NCBI GenBank assembly: GCA_951406725.2
Contig: OX597818.1
Location: 35,464,001 to 35,528,000, forward strand
DNA from: Octopus vulgaris
Lineage: Eukaryota
Length of the DNA stretch: 64,000 nucleotides
Reading direction: 5' to 3'
Position 1 is the stretch's first letter. Each line of letters starts with the position of its first letter. Position numbers and translations under genes: made by a program. The notes under the pieces were generated by a model. That model was not told where the DNA came from, searched no databases, and saw only the letters and a list, made by a program, of their open reading frames with translations. Positions 14,046 through 28,002 of the stretch are shown here, in pieces.

Positions 14046-15196
14046 GTACATCAACACTTCATTTCGCTACCGAACAGCGAGATTAAAAGAACATTTCTTC
14101 AAAGCGAAAGATACAGGGGCATTTCTCATGTCCCCCAAAGAGTAGTCGCTGTAATGTCCCGATCGATAAAATAAATGAGGTTCTATACATCGAGCAAACA
14201 GAACCACACAGCACAATATATACTGATTGTTTTAAAAACAAAGTAAAACTGAGGATGAATCGAAGATACAAGGTCAGGTACAGAATCGTACACCAGCCCA
14301 AGGACTAATCTCGCAGTATGCGGCACGAAGAAAATCAAAGAGTCACTGTAAATGACATCGGTGTAGCCGTCGATCTTTGTTCATTATCACATGCGTAGCA
14401 GATTATGGGCAGGTATTCTCCGCTGACGTAAAGTGTGGCAAAATGTTTCTTTGGATATCCCAAATCACAAAATGATCCTGGAGTTGTGCCGAGTAACGGG
14501 AGTCAAGAGTGAGAATCATTGCAACAGATCAGTTAGAGTCGAAAGCTACCTTTCTGAACGTGTGGGAATAATGATTTTTCTGCGCAGAAAACTGGAAACT
14601 TAAAAATAAGAAAGCAAGTCGTGGAGACTGCTGTTCTGATTTAAAATGTAACACGTCGCACCATCAGGATTTTGAAGTTTTATATTAAATAAAAAAAAGC
14701 AAATTATAAAAATTTACTATAAGATAAAGATAAATGCACGCATTAAACTTTGCGCCTAATGCGCACACATGCAACAGAGCAGTGTATTTATCGAACACAT
14801 TCAAGCTTTCGAAATATCCTTGTATTTGCTGCCTCACCTCAAAAACTGGAGCACACCATATCGCTTTTTTTTAAATATAGTTTTATGTTCTTGCAGCTAT
14901 TATTCTTTATTGCTGTTGGTTTTGTAGCGGCTCTTGTTCATTATATATATTTATTATTTTTTTATTAAAGATGTACTAAAATTCATTAAATTATTTAATT
15001 AATAAATTAGTAGCGCTATTAATGATATTAATAGTTGTTTTGTTTCAAATGCTAATTATACTTTGTTGTTGACGTCATCGCTGTAATGATATTAACAGCG
15101 GCAATAACAGCAGCGGTAGTAGTGGTGGTAGTAGCACCGATAGCAGCAGTAATATTTTCTTTATAAAAGCATTCCACTCATGGTCAAAATTTCTCT

Positions 15197-15453
15197 TTCA
15201 TATGTGACCGACAAGTTTATCGGATGTTGTTAAACATCGCTGGGCACAATGCGTTTTGCATTGTTTTAGCCATCGCATGAAGCCACTCCGCTGGGTAGGC
15301 GAGTAGGTCAACATTTCCCCTTCATTGAAAGGGGGGGGGCCTGAAGCAACGTGAAATGAAGTGTTTTGTTCAAGAACACAACTCGCCACCTGATCTGGGA
15401 ATCGAATCCACGATCTAGCGATCGTAAGTGCCTACTCATTAGGCCACAGGCCT
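15197..15453 (-). mobile_element. SINE with A-type head and a distinct tail
   Basis: Minus strand aggcctgtggcctaatgagtagg...ggattcgattccc...tgtgttcttgaacaaaacactt. Confidence 0.65.
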
Positions 15454-15455
15454 TT

Positions 15456-15503
<48 letters not shown>

Positions 15504-15534
15504 CGAGAGAGAGAGAAAGAGAGAAAGATAGAGA

Positions 15535-15574
<40 letters not shown>

Positions 15575-16002
15575 GGCGGCAGTAGCAGATGGTGCGCGTC
15601 GTCTGTAAATGATATAACTACGAGTGCCTTTCTGCACCACAAACCGATATGAGAGGTTCTCTCAAGGTAAATAACGCAGTAATTCTGTGTCCTAATACTT
15701 TAGTTCACCATTAGTGATCTACTTAACAAAAAAAAAACGAGGTGAAAAACAGATGAAATATAAAGATAATGGATGCGATGAAAAGAATGTTTTTTGACAT
15801 TACCGTACTGATTAAAATGAAAGGGAACAGAAAACGATCATATCAGTGCTTTATACAGTACTGAACAGTTGATGGTTATCACGAATAGAACATTCGAAGC
15901 TGACTTGATCTAAACAATCACCACAATACTTTGATGTTTTAAAGAGATGCTTCGATTTCCTACAACCTGAGCAGCTGTTTGATTTTCATATTTTATAATA
16001 AG

Positions 16003-16285
16003 ATGGCCTAGTGATTAGAGCAGCGGACTCGCGGTCAAGGGATCGCGGGCTTGAATCTCAGACCGGGCCATGTGTGTGTTTATGAGCGAGGCACCTAAGC
16101 TCCACGCGGCTCCGGCAGAAAGTAATGGCGAACTTATGCTGACTCTTTCGCCACAACTTTCTCTCTCTCTTTGCAGCTCACCTGCGACGGACCGGCATCC
16201 CGTCCAGGTGGGGGAATCCTATACGCCAAGGAAACCGGGAAACCGGCCCTTATGAGCCAGGCGTGGCTCGAGAAGGAACAAACAA
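16003..16285 (+). mobile_element. tRNA-derived SINE, family D
   Basis: tggcctagtgattagagcagcggactcgcggtc head; tail gaaaccggcccttatgagccaggcgtggctcgagaaggaacaaacaa. Confidence 0.8.
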
Positions 16286-16297
16286 GATGGATAACGA

Positions 16298-16697
16298 AGG
16301 CAGCGAGCTGGCAGAATCGTTAGCACGTCGGGCGAAATGCGTAACCGTATTTCGTCTGCGTTACGTTCTGAGTTCAAATTCCGCCGAGATTGACTTTGCC
16401 TTTCATCCTTTCGGGTCAATAAATTAAGTACCAGTTACGCACTGTGGTCGATATAATCGACTTAATCCGTTTGTCTGTCCTTGTCTTCTCTGTTTAGCCA
16501 CTTGTGGGTAGTAAAGAAATATGTATTTCGTCATGTATTTCTTTACGTTCTGAGTTCAAATTCCCTCGAGGTTGACTTTGCCTTTCATCCTTTCGGGGTC
16601 GATAAATTAAGTACCCGTTGCGTATTGGATTCGATCTAATCGACTGCCCCCACTCCTCTAAAATTTCGCGCCTTGTGCCTGGTGTGCAAAAGAATAT
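16298..16697 (+). mobile_element. SINE family C, tandem dimer
   Basis: Second unit restarts at gtatttcgtc after the tail. Confidence 0.85.
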
Positions 16698-16977
16698 TAA
16701 AATGGATGACATTTGTCGTTTAGTCCTAATATTGTCCTGATCGAAGAACGTGTTACTGTATCAAGTCCAAGCTTTAAGTCGGTGAGCTAGCAGAATCGTT
16801 ATCTCACTGGGTAAAATGCTAAACCGTCATTTCGATGACCTTACGTTCTGAGTTCAAGTTCCTCCGAGGTCGGTTTTGCCTTTCATCCTTTCGGCATCGA
16901 TGTAATCACCATGAGCTTGCTGTACTTGTGCCAAAATTTGAAAGCAATATTACGTTCAACTTTAGACCATTCCATTG

Positions 16978-17357
16978 TGGAGGCGCAATGGCCCAGTTGT
17001 TATGGCAGCGGACTCGCGGTCGTAGGATCGCGGTTTCGATTCCCAGACCGGGTGTTGTGAGTGTTTATTGAGCGAAAACACCTAAAGCTCCACGAGGCTC
17101 CGGCAGGGATGGTGGTGATCCCTGCTGTACTCTTTCACCACAGCTTTCTCTCACTCTTACTTCCTGTTTCTGTTGTACCTGTATTTCAAAGGGCCGGCCT
17201 TGTCACTCTCTGTGTCATGCTGAATATCCCCGAGAACTACGTTAAGGGTACACGTGTCTGTGGAGCGCTCAGCCACTTACACGTTAATTTCACGAGCAGG
17301 CTGTTCCGTTGGTCGGATCAACCGGAACCCTCATCGTCGTAACCGACGGAGTGCTTC
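16978..17357 (+). mobile_element. Mosaic SINE: family D head with family A tail
   Basis: Head gcagcggactcgcggtc...cacctaaagctccacg is shared with 16003/32380; tail is shared with family A. Confidence 0.8.
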
Positions 17358-17988
17358 CAATTCCAGACCATTCCATTTTCTTTACTTTTTTCTTCTTCAT
17401 AACATCTATACATATTAGTTTCAAATTTGTTTCAAATTTTGGCAGGAGACCAAAAATTTCGTTGGTGGTGATGGGGGGTGGGTAAGTCGATAGCATCAGC
17501 CCCAATGCTCAACTGGTACTTATTTTATCGATCCCGAAAGAATGAAAGGCAAGCGTCGGAAGAAATGCTCCGAAGCATTTTACCCAGCATTGTAACGATT
17601 CTGCCAGCTCACCACCATAAAGTGTTTAAATCTATTATCGAGTGTAACCTTCCCAGAGAGGCCTTCCGTTATTAAATCTTTTTCTTCGTCTTAGAATCTA
17701 CAGAAACTAGCTGCTCTTGTTCAAGTAGCTATCTGGCACGGACATAATAGTTAGGTGATGAAGTAAAAAAAAACAGCCGTTGCTTCTACAGCTGCAGCTG
17801 CAGATAATTCAGTTGTTACCCTTGTTTACCATCAGTACCCAGCACGCAGGCTTCGGATTAAGATCATACAAACCTGGTTATCCTGTGTTCACGCTGTGAC
17901 ACCGGATAAAGTATACCTTGGAATCCATTATCCAATTTGTTCGCCCTTAAGATGGTAGTAGGTAGTCTGAGAGAAATTTGGTTAAGAA

Positions 17989-18415
17989 AAGCGGCGAGCT
18001 GGCAGAAACGTTAGCACGCCGGGCGAAATGCGTAGCCGTATTTCGTCTGCCGTTACGTTCTGAGTTCAAATTCCACCGAGGTCGACTTTGCCTTTCATCC
18101 TTTCGGAGTCGATAAATTAAGTACCAGTTACGCACTGGGGTCGATATAATCGACTTAATCCGTTTGCCTGTCTTTGTTTGTCCTCTCTGTGTTTAGCCCC
18201 TTGTGTGTAGTAAAGAAATAGAAATAGGTATTTCGTCTGCCGCTACGTTCTGAGTTCAAATTCCGCCGAGGTCGACTTTGCCTTTCATCCTTTCGGGGTC
18301 GATTAAATAAGTATCAGTTACGCACTGGGGTCGATGTAATCGACTTAATCCGTTTGTCTGTCCTTGTTTGTCCTCTCTGTGTTTAGCCCCTTGTGGGTAG
18401 TAAAGAAATAAGAAA
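17989..18415 (+). mobile_element. SINE family C, tandem dimer
   Basis: Two units; flanking direct repeat agaaatttgg (~17972, ~18411) brackets the whole dimer. Confidence 0.9.
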
Positions 18416-18831
18416 TTTGGCTATTAAATTCAGCTCAAATGAGGAGCTTCTGCATTGAAGAAGAGCAAAAAGTTTATAGGTTCAGGCCCATCTTTAGTAA
18501 CCTTCTCTGGCAAAAACATCATATGCTCGAAACAGAGCTGTTGTGGTCAGTTGGTCATAGTTTCTATAAATATTCAAATATTCAATTGAAGAGGTATTCA
18601 TTAGAGATTATAACATTTTATAGAAATATGGTGGATATGGTATGAGAACTGAAATAAATCAACATATATTCGATAATCGATCTAAAGCCCCTCATTTGAT
18701 CATGTTGTGCTACAAAGATGCATAATACCTGTTTGATTGCTCTAATCGAAAATTCAATGATAGCATTTTGGACAAAAATTTTCTAGAAATTTAAATATTG
18801 AAAAGGCAGAAGCGACACACACACACACACG

Positions 18832-19320
18832 TATGTCTATTATATATATGCATGTATTTGTATATTATATATATTTAATATGTATATATAGTTATATATG
18901 TATGTATGTATGTATGCATATATATATGTATATATGTATGCATATATATATGTATGCATATATATATATATGTATAAATATATATACATGTATATATATG
19001 TATGTATATATATATGTATATATATGTGCATATATATCTACATATATATGTGTGTATATATATGTATATATATATCTACATATATATGTGTGTGTATGTA
19101 TACATATATATGTATATGTATATATGTATATATGTATATGCATATATATATATGTATAAATGTATATGTATATATGTACATGCATATATATATATGTATA
19201 AATGTATATGTATATATGTATATGCTTATATATATATATTATATATATGTATACATATAAATGTGTGTGTATGCGTGACGCACACAAACACACACACACA
19301 GAAACGCACGCACATACATA
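18832..19320. repeat. Degenerate TA/TG microsatellite field
   Basis: Direct reading; a similar field lies at 19750-20240. Confidence 0.9.
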
Positions 19321-19856
19321 CGCTTCTATTACAAAAGTGAGAAAAAGAATTATTGAAATATGAATCAATGGGGGTCACAATTATGAATTTCTTGAAGGAA
19401 GATAGCTTATATATACATCCATTATCTTTTAACCTGAAGTATCAAAGTTGTTTAACTTAGTAGGAGTTAAATTATTCAGTCGTGAAATAAACGGACAAAA
19501 AAAAATACAAAACGAAACAAAACCAAAAACCTATAAATATCATTGCGAATGGGATAAAATATACAATAATTTGCAAATTGTCCTACCGATTAATGTGAAA
19601 AATTCTGATCGTAAACGCCAGTGATTTATTCAGTATTCAACAATAGTCTCTAATAGAAATTTTAATGAGTTGCTTTGCCTTTTCATTTTATTTTTCCGTG
19701 GGAGTGGAGGAGAAATAGATACAAGACCAACAGAACTGAAATATAATACATGTGTGTGTGTGTGTGTGTGTCAGGGATGTATGTATATGAATGTATGTAT
19801 CTCAATCTCTTTCTCAGTAAATGTACATACACACATATACACACAGATATGTACTG

Positions 19857-19903
<47 letters not shown>

Positions 19904-20043
19904 TTTCATGTTTGTATATATATAGATATATCTATATATGTATACGAGATAAATATATAGATACATCTATATGTATACATATGTGTCTACTATATATATG
20001 CATATATGTGTGTGTGTCTACTAAATATCTATATGCCTATATA

Positions 20044-20078
<35 letters not shown>

Positions 20079-20884
20079 GTATGTATATATAGGTATGTAT
20101 ATGTATATTTACATACATCTACACATATATATATTTATAGGAATATATGCACTTATATTTATAGATATGTATTTGTATATATATATATTATTTAGTTATG
20201 CACATATTGGTGTATATATAAATATATATGTATATATGCACCACATTTTACGAAATCTTAAATGTTAAACCGAAAATGATGAGGGATAGTGAATAAACAA
20301 CAACGGTATATATTACTAAGAATCCCAAATCTAAATTTCAAATAAGTTACACTTTGTGGCGTGAATGCAAATAACGCAGAACAATTCATGGCGTCAAAGA
20401 TGAAGAGACGAATACACTATTGCTCTTACCATGTGCATCTGTTGAACTTGCGAGATTGTCATGCGACATAATGAAATACCAATCAAAACATATCGAACCC
20501 TAACGCCTGAGAAATATGCTGGGTAATGTAGAACACTTTTGATCATAGTTTTGCTAACGTAATTTGACCATCGATTACGTAAGAGCAGTTTTGAACAGCT
20601 AGCACCTCGGGCAAAATATGTTTGTGAATGTTTAGTTATGTCCCTTGAATTTCTGGAATGAAATCGTTAGCGATCTATTTTTGAAAAAAATTTAAGAAAT
20701 TTACATTGCAGCCTCCTACTTCCTGCTTCGTTTGTATTTTGTAAAACCTCAGACAAGTATCTTCAACCATTATTTGGAGTTAATCATCACTTCTGAATGG
20801 AATCCTTTTAGCCTGAAATTTCATGGAATCGCGTTCTATGTATGTATGCATGTATGTATTTATGTATGTAGGTACACATGTATT

Positions 20885-20937
<53 letters not shown>

Positions 20938-21038
20938 TGCCAGAACAAAAAACAAGAACGCAACAAAATGGACACGTTTCAGGTTTCTGTATGTATGCCC
21001 GTATGTATACATGTATGCTACACACACACACACATATA

Positions 21039-21092
<54 letters not shown>

Positions 21093-21592
21093 TATATGTA
21101 ATATATATATATTTATTAATTATATATATATATATATATATATCTGTGTTTATAAATATTTATGTATGTATATGCATATGTAGGTGTATCATACTGTAAT
21201 GAAAGCGTCTGTCAGAAAATCTGATAAACCTATGCATTCACATAAAAATCCCTCGTGATAGTTGTTCCGGTCGAAGTGCACATAATGGCTGTTATCACTA
21301 TCACGATCGTAAACGCAACGAAATGCAACGAATTACATTGAAAACCGGTAACCAAAGAAAATACTATACTAAGTAAAATATTGGGACAGAATTGGATGTA
21401 TTTTCACAGAAAACAAATGCAATTGAATTGAAACAACAAACGTGAAGAGAGGAAAAATTGACTCGCCAAGACGGGTTATCTTGATCTTATGTGTATATTA
21501 ATGGTGACAATCAATAATGATTTTGTGAATAATTATTTTGGTTTCAAATTTTGGTACAAATCGAGTTGTCTTAATCGGTTATATCATCTATG

Positions 21593-21737
21593 TATTAGGT
21601 TGTCCCAAAAGTTCGTAAACACTTGCGAAAATTGAATTTTTACTCGCCAAGTACTAACAAAAACAACAAAAATTATTCCTCAAAATAAAGACCATTATTT
21701 TCCAAGACTTTCTACGAACTTTTGGGACAACCTTATA
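21593..21737. mobile_element. Mariner-type MITE inserted in a decayed SINE
   Basis: TIRs aggttgtcccaaaagttcgta / tacgaacttttgggacaacct with TA flanks. Confidence 0.8.
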
Positions 21738-22253
21738 CTTGACTGGTAGACTATTTTATCGACTCTGAAATGACAGAAAGCAAAGTTGACCTCGGCAGGA
21801 TATGGACTCAGAACCTACTGAAGCGAAAGAAGTGCTGCTAAACAATATAATTATAACTTAGGTACAAAGTTATTGTTTCATAAAAAGATACGCATTATTA
21901 TTTCCATTACTCTACTGATTCGTTTATTCCAACGCCTTAATAATAATGGCTTCAATAAGGACACAGGCCTTCCTCAAATATTGGATAGAAAGTAAAGTCA
22001 ATTATATCGATCCAAATATTTGACTGGCACTTTCTGTTATTGATTTCAGAAGAACGAAAGGCTAAGCTGAATAACTGAAAAAGTAAGCCAAATTATGATA
22101 TGACAAACATGGCGGACGGCACGGCTTACGAAATCACATGGTTCCAGGCTCAGTTCCACCGTGTGTACCTTCAATAAGTATCTACTACTAGAATCCCGAG
22201 GCCTCCAATTCCTGGTGAGTAAATTTTTGCGAAGAAAACTTGTCAAAAGGCCA

Positions 22254-22318
<65 letters not shown>

Positions 22319-22373
22319 CATATATATATGCGGTGGCCACACTCAAAAATAAGCAACAAGAATGACTCCGGTG

Positions 22374-22462
22374 ATTTGGTACAATTGTTTCGTACTACAA
22401 CATTTTATTAAAAGCTGTAAGTATTACAGCAGATTTAAGATGCTGAGTACTCTTCAGCCAAT
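22374..22462 (-). ncRNA. Type I hammerhead ribozyme motif, intact core
   Basis: ttgg-CTGAAGA-gtact...agtac-GAAAC-aatt-GTA-ccaa: stem I ttgg/ccaa, extended stem II, minimal palindromic stem III as in PLE hammerheads. Confidence 0.7.
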
Positions 22463-22659
22463 TTTTATAGGTTTTCCAATAATATAAAAGCTTTCAAATC
22501 AAGTAGTAACATTTTAGGGAAGGTAAATATACAGATAAAGATGTAGATCTTTATCTGTATATCTGTAGATCTTTATCTACATCTTTATCTGTATATTTAC
22601 CTTCCCTAAAATGTTACTACATGATTTGAAAGCTTATATATTATTGGAAAACCTATATA

Positions 22660-22749
22660 AATTGGCTGAAAAGTACTCAACATCTTAAATCTGCTGTAAT
22701 GTTTACAGCTTTTAATAAAATGTTGTAGTACGAAACAATTGTACCAAAT
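22660..22749 (+). ncRNA. Hammerhead ribozyme motif, core variant CTGAAAA
   Basis: attgg-CTGAAAA-gtact...agtac-GAAAC-aatt-GTA-ccaa; the conserved G8 is replaced by A. Confidence 0.55.
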
Positions 22750-22879
22750 CACCGGAGTCATTCTTGTTGCTTATTTTTGATTATAACCACCCCGCAAATT
22801 TTTATGGGTAACACCATACAAAATTCTGGTGTATCTAAATTAAGTACCATATTCATTTGAATCTAAATTGTTGCTGATC

Positions 22880-22880
22880 T

Positions 22881-22911
<31 letters not shown>

Positions 22912-22966
22912 ATATATATATATATATATATGTTTATATATATATGTTTATATATATGTGTATATG

Positions 22967-22998
<32 letters not shown>

Positions 22999-23178
22999 AA
23001 TATATATATATGCATATATGAGTGTTTATATATATATATGTATATATGAGTATATATATATATATGTATATATGAGTGTATATATATATATATATATATA
23101 TGCTTATATATGAGTGTTTATATATATATGTATATATGAGTGTGTATATATATATATACATATATAAATATATATGTA

Positions 23179-23212
<34 letters not shown>

Positions 23213-23343
23213 ATGATATATAATATATATGCATATATGACGTGTATATATATATATATATGCATATATGAGTGTGTATATATATATATATATATGCATA
23301 TATGAGTGTGTATATATATATATATATATATATGCATATATGA

Positions 23344-23375
<32 letters not shown>

Positions 23376-23378
23376 GCA

Positions 23379-23411
<33 letters not shown>

Positions 23412-23421
23412 GCATATATGA

Positions 23422-23461
<40 letters not shown>

Positions 23462-23915
23462 GCATATATGAGTGTGTATATATATATATATATATATATG
23501 CATATATGAGTGTGTATATATATATATATATATATATGCATATATGAGTGTGTATATATATATATATATATGCATATATGAGTGTGTATATATATATATA
23601 TATATATGCATATATATGCATATATGAGTGTATATATATATATATATATATATATGCATATATGAGTGTATATATATATATATATATATATATATGCATA
23701 TATGAGTGTATATATATATATATATATATATATATGCATATATGAGTGTATATATATATATATATATATGCATATATGAGTGTATATATATATATATATA
23801 TGCATATATGAGTGTATATATATATATATATTTATATGCATATATGAGTGTGTATATATATATATATATGCATATATGAGTGTGTATATATATATATATA
23901 TATATGCATATATGA

Positions 23916-23947
<32 letters not shown>

Positions 23948-23949
23948 GA

Positions 23950-23988
<39 letters not shown>

Positions 23989-24107
23989 TATATGAGTGTG
24001 TATATATATATATATATATATATATGCATATATGAGTGTGTATATATATATATATATATATATGCATATATGAGTGTATATATATATATATATATATGCA
24101 TATATGA

Positions 24108-24152
<45 letters not shown>

Positions 24153-24190
24153 ATGAGTGTGTATATATATATATATATATGCATATATGA

Positions 24191-24239
<49 letters not shown>

Positions 24240-24276
24240 TGTATATATATATATATATATATATATGCATATATGA

Positions 24277-24355
<79 letters not shown>

Positions 24356-24362
24356 TATATGA

Positions 24363-24416
<54 letters not shown>

Positions 24417-24430
24417 GTATATACGTATAT
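22880..24430. repeat. 1.5-kb minisatellite, unit GCATATATGAGTG(TG)(TA)n
   Basis: Dozens of units with variable TA length. Confidence 0.95.
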
Positions 24431-25184
24431 GAACAGTGAAAATAAGTGTTCAACACCATATTGGTGGATAAAGAGCCTTTATTTGCGTATTAAGTCTACC
24501 ATTAGTTTCATGTTAAGTAAATATCTCAAAGATTAAGATATTTTCTTAACATGAAACCTGTGCTAGCCTTAATAGATAAATTATATATATATATATATAT
24601 ACATATATATTCGCAAGTATACATTAACATAGGCATACACACATAGATGTATACGCGTATTCGTCTTCCTATGTTTATATGTGAGCGCGTGCGTGTGTGT
24701 TTGCGTGTGTTTGCGTGTGTGGGCGTAGAAGTGTGTTAGTGTGAATATACATTCTTTTTACATTACTTACATTCGACGGATATTTAACAACAAACAAGGT
24801 GAGGACAAATATCCATCAAATGTAAATAATGTACATAATTCCTCACCTCTTAAATATAGAACTGTATATACATTTTTTTTTTCATTTTCACTCACAGCTT
24901 CACAGCCGATATTATGTTGTTTAGCAGGTCGACAAAAATAGAGACACATGGAATATATGCCATACTTAAAATGAAAGCCAAGATCGATGTGATCAACCAA
25001 ACCTTTAAATGTTCTGCTTAATTATGGCTGAAACTGAATTAGAACGGAACTACCTTTAAAAGTTATTTAGCAGGAGATGAAACTGATGAAATATACGACT
25101 CGTGGAAACAGTTAAAAAAAAACTATTACAGAAAATGCCACACATATATTACAACCTGAACTCAATGCAAGAAATAAAATATTT

Positions 25185-25605
25185 GGCGCAGGTGTGGCTG
25201 TGTGCTAGGTAGCTTGCTTACCAACCAAATAGTTCTGGATTCAGTCCCACGGCGTGACACCTTGGGCAAGTGTCTTCTACTATAGGCTCGGGTCGACCAA
25301 AGCCTTGTGAGTGGATTTGGTAGACGGAAACTGAAAGAACCTCGTCGTATACATGTATATATATATGCATGTGTGTGTGTTTGTGTGTCTGTGTTTGCCC
25401 CCTTCCCCCCCGAAACATCACTTGACAACCGATGCTGGTATGTTTACGTCCCCGTAACTTAGCGGTTCGGCAAAAGAGACCGATGGAATAAGTACTAGGC
25501 TTACAAAGAATAAGTCCTGGAGTCGATTTGCTCGACTAAAGGCGGTGCTCCAGCATGGCCGCAGTCAAGTGACTGAAACAAGTAAAAGTGTAAAAGAGAG
25601 TAAAG
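25185..25605 (+). mobile_element. SINE family B
   Basis: Full-length copy. Confidence 0.9.
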
Positions 25606-26289
25606 AATATAAATATATGTTATATAAGGTATTTATAGCTTTAACAAAATATATTGGAAGGTAAGTGTAACAATGACTTTAGACAGAAAAAAATGTAGGA
25701 AATAACTGGCAGTGTTACGAAGCCATTGTGTTAAATCTGCCACGCATTAAGGAAAGCAATAAGCTGAAGCAAATGGTAAATAACGAAATGGTGTAGCAAC
25801 AATGGAAAAATAATTAAAATAATTCATAGGGAAGTTCATTAGAGTAATACAGAACACATGAAGATAACAGACATTTCTCAGTGCACAAGGTAACAAAAAG
25901 TACAACCTAAAAACTAATTATATTGGAGTAGAAGATATAGATAGGAAAATAGCAATAAGAATATATAAAACAATATCAAAGCTTATTCCTGTCATAAGGG
26001 AATACACAGAAAAAGAGCAGAATAGTTTTTTTCTGCTGCATATGAAGAAACAATAAAGCTAGGAGCTATCTGCATCAAAGAAAGTGATTTAGATACACTT
26101 CAAATACAGAAAATACTAAAAAATATAAATGAAATTTCAAAATACTTTAACGGTAAAGCACGGGAAAATATATTCCATGGTCAATAATGGTCTCATGTTC
26201 CATTATTTGTATTTTTTTTGTTTTTTTTTACAGTGTTCTTTTACTTTTATTAGATATTGATCCAGTGCAGCTAAAATTAGAATCAGACC

Positions 26290-27335
26290 TGGTTCTGCTT
26301 TTAACCCAAATACACTAAAAGTCTATGGTGAAAATATAGTGGAACGAAAAATTAAAACCTACTCAGACAACGTATTCAATACATTGAGGTAACTGACCAC
26401 ATCATTTCTAGTGGCTTAATGCTTTCAAACTCAGAACACATCCTCAGGTATAATTGAGTCGGCACTTACGTTCATTGGCTATTACACCGATACATCATAT
26501 GAAAGCACAGAAATAATATATGCATTAAGACGGCGAGTTGGTAGAAACGTTAGCACGTCGGGCGAAATGCTTAGCAGTATTTCGTTTGCCGTTATGTTCT
26601 GAGTTCAAATTCCGCCGAGGTCGACTTTACCTTTCATCCTTTCGGGGGTCGATTAAATAAGTACCAGTTACGCACTGGGATCGATATAATCAACTTAATC
26701 CGTTTATCTGTCCTTGTTTGTCCTCTTTGTGCTTAGCCCCTTGAGGGTAGTAAAGAAATAGATATTTCGTCTGCCGCTACGTTCTGAGTTCAAATTCCGC
26801 CGAGGTCGACTTTGCCTTTCATCCTTTCGGGGTCGATAAATTAAGTACCAATTACCAACTGGGGTCAATGTAATCGACTTAATCCGTTTGTCTGTCCTTG
26901 TTTGTCCCTTCTATGTTTAGCCCCTTGTGGGCAATAAAGAAATAAGAAATGATATATGCATTTAGAAAACAAGGTGTATAACAACGATCTGGGTACGATC
27001 CGGAAATTTAGCCGTCTATACTAGTAAGGAAATCAGGTCGAATTATCAAGGACAAGACCGAATATGGTTGTATTCCAATAGACATCTTGATCTTGATACT
27101 TTGACCATAACACTTGTCAGAAAGAGTTTAAAAACTATCTAAGTACAAGGGAATTGAAATAGAAGTGCAAAACAACGCTTTAGGATATTGGATGGAAAGT
27201 GAAAACAGTATTAATTGGATGACTAGATATGGTAAAGAAATTACCAAGGGTCATAAATCTATAACAAAACCCAATGATGGCTGCTTTAGTTACAACACAA
27301 TCCTACTTAAGACATATTCTATTTATTAAAGCAAC
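26290..27335 (+). mobile_element. Older, highly decayed R4/Dong-like LINE 3' fragment split by a SINE
   Basis: IEVTDHIISSG...HILRYN*VGTYVHW resembles the ET..HI.SGC...RH..V...IHW knuckle region; sequence after the SINE resembles the RLE domain. Confidence 0.5.
26529..26945 (+). mobile_element. SINE family C, tandem dimer
   Basis: Two units; TSD agaaatRatatatgcatt flanks the dimer. Confidence 0.9.
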
Positions 27336-27617
27336 TCAGTTGGTACACTTCCTACGAAACTCACGTAGCACATATTTTACACATTCATAACCCAATGAAA
27401 TAAGAAAACTCACATTTCACATTGTACAATGTCCCTAATCAATAAAATAACACATTCACACATCCTACACGCTACACAACCACCATTTGATACGAAAATA
27501 TTTAACATATTTCATATAACGCAGCTCATCTGCATAAAACAATGATGAAAGGTAACGGTAAAGTTGCCTTATCGTGTCATACCGACTCATAAAGGCCGGT
27601 TTCCCTGTTTCATGGGA

Positions 27618-28002
27618 ATATTGTGCTTGCGTATTTATACAATGCGAAGAGAAATAAGAGTTCTAGCATTTTCTTTTTGTACTCAAATGAATTACGCGAT
27701 GATTCCTTGAAAGATGAACACATTATGTGTCTATGTAATAACGTTAACGTTTTATAACTTTGCTGTTGCTATGTGCTGTTGTTATGGTCGTTATATCAAG
27801 TCTTTTATAATGCTGCTACAATAGAAAATGAAGTCACTCGAGTATATCTTCCGAAATAATAGCAGAAAACAGATAGCATTTGGCGCCTTGGTATACTGAA
27901 ACACGTGAAGACGCAAAGCTTAGTTGTTAGGGCAATCGGTTGACGATCGTAAGGTTGTGTGTTCGATCTCCAGCGGTGCGTTGTTTCTTTGAGCAAGACA
28001 TT
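27618..28002 (+). repeat. Dispersed direct copy of 31500-31865
   Basis: Colinear from atattgtgcttgcgtatttatacaatgc to gagcaagacatt with scattered substitutions and small indels. Confidence 0.9.

Larger units (their letters stand above)
22343..22880 (+). mobile_element. Penelope-like terminal repeat (pLTR) with inverted partial copy
   Basis: ~206-bp inverted arms 22343-22548 and 22575-22780, each holding a hammerhead motif; the plus copy continues to a (TA)n tract at ~22880. Confidence 0.7.

Noticed and set aside
20429-20506. AG...GTAAGA-bounded mini-exon candidate (minus)
   Set aside because: 77 nt, not frame-preserving, and no similarity to Dscam Ig2.
22934-24459. Long ORFs of 416 and 451 aa, and all similar YI/VC/HT-rich ORFs
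   Set aside because: Translations of TA/TG microsatellites that lack stop codons by construction.
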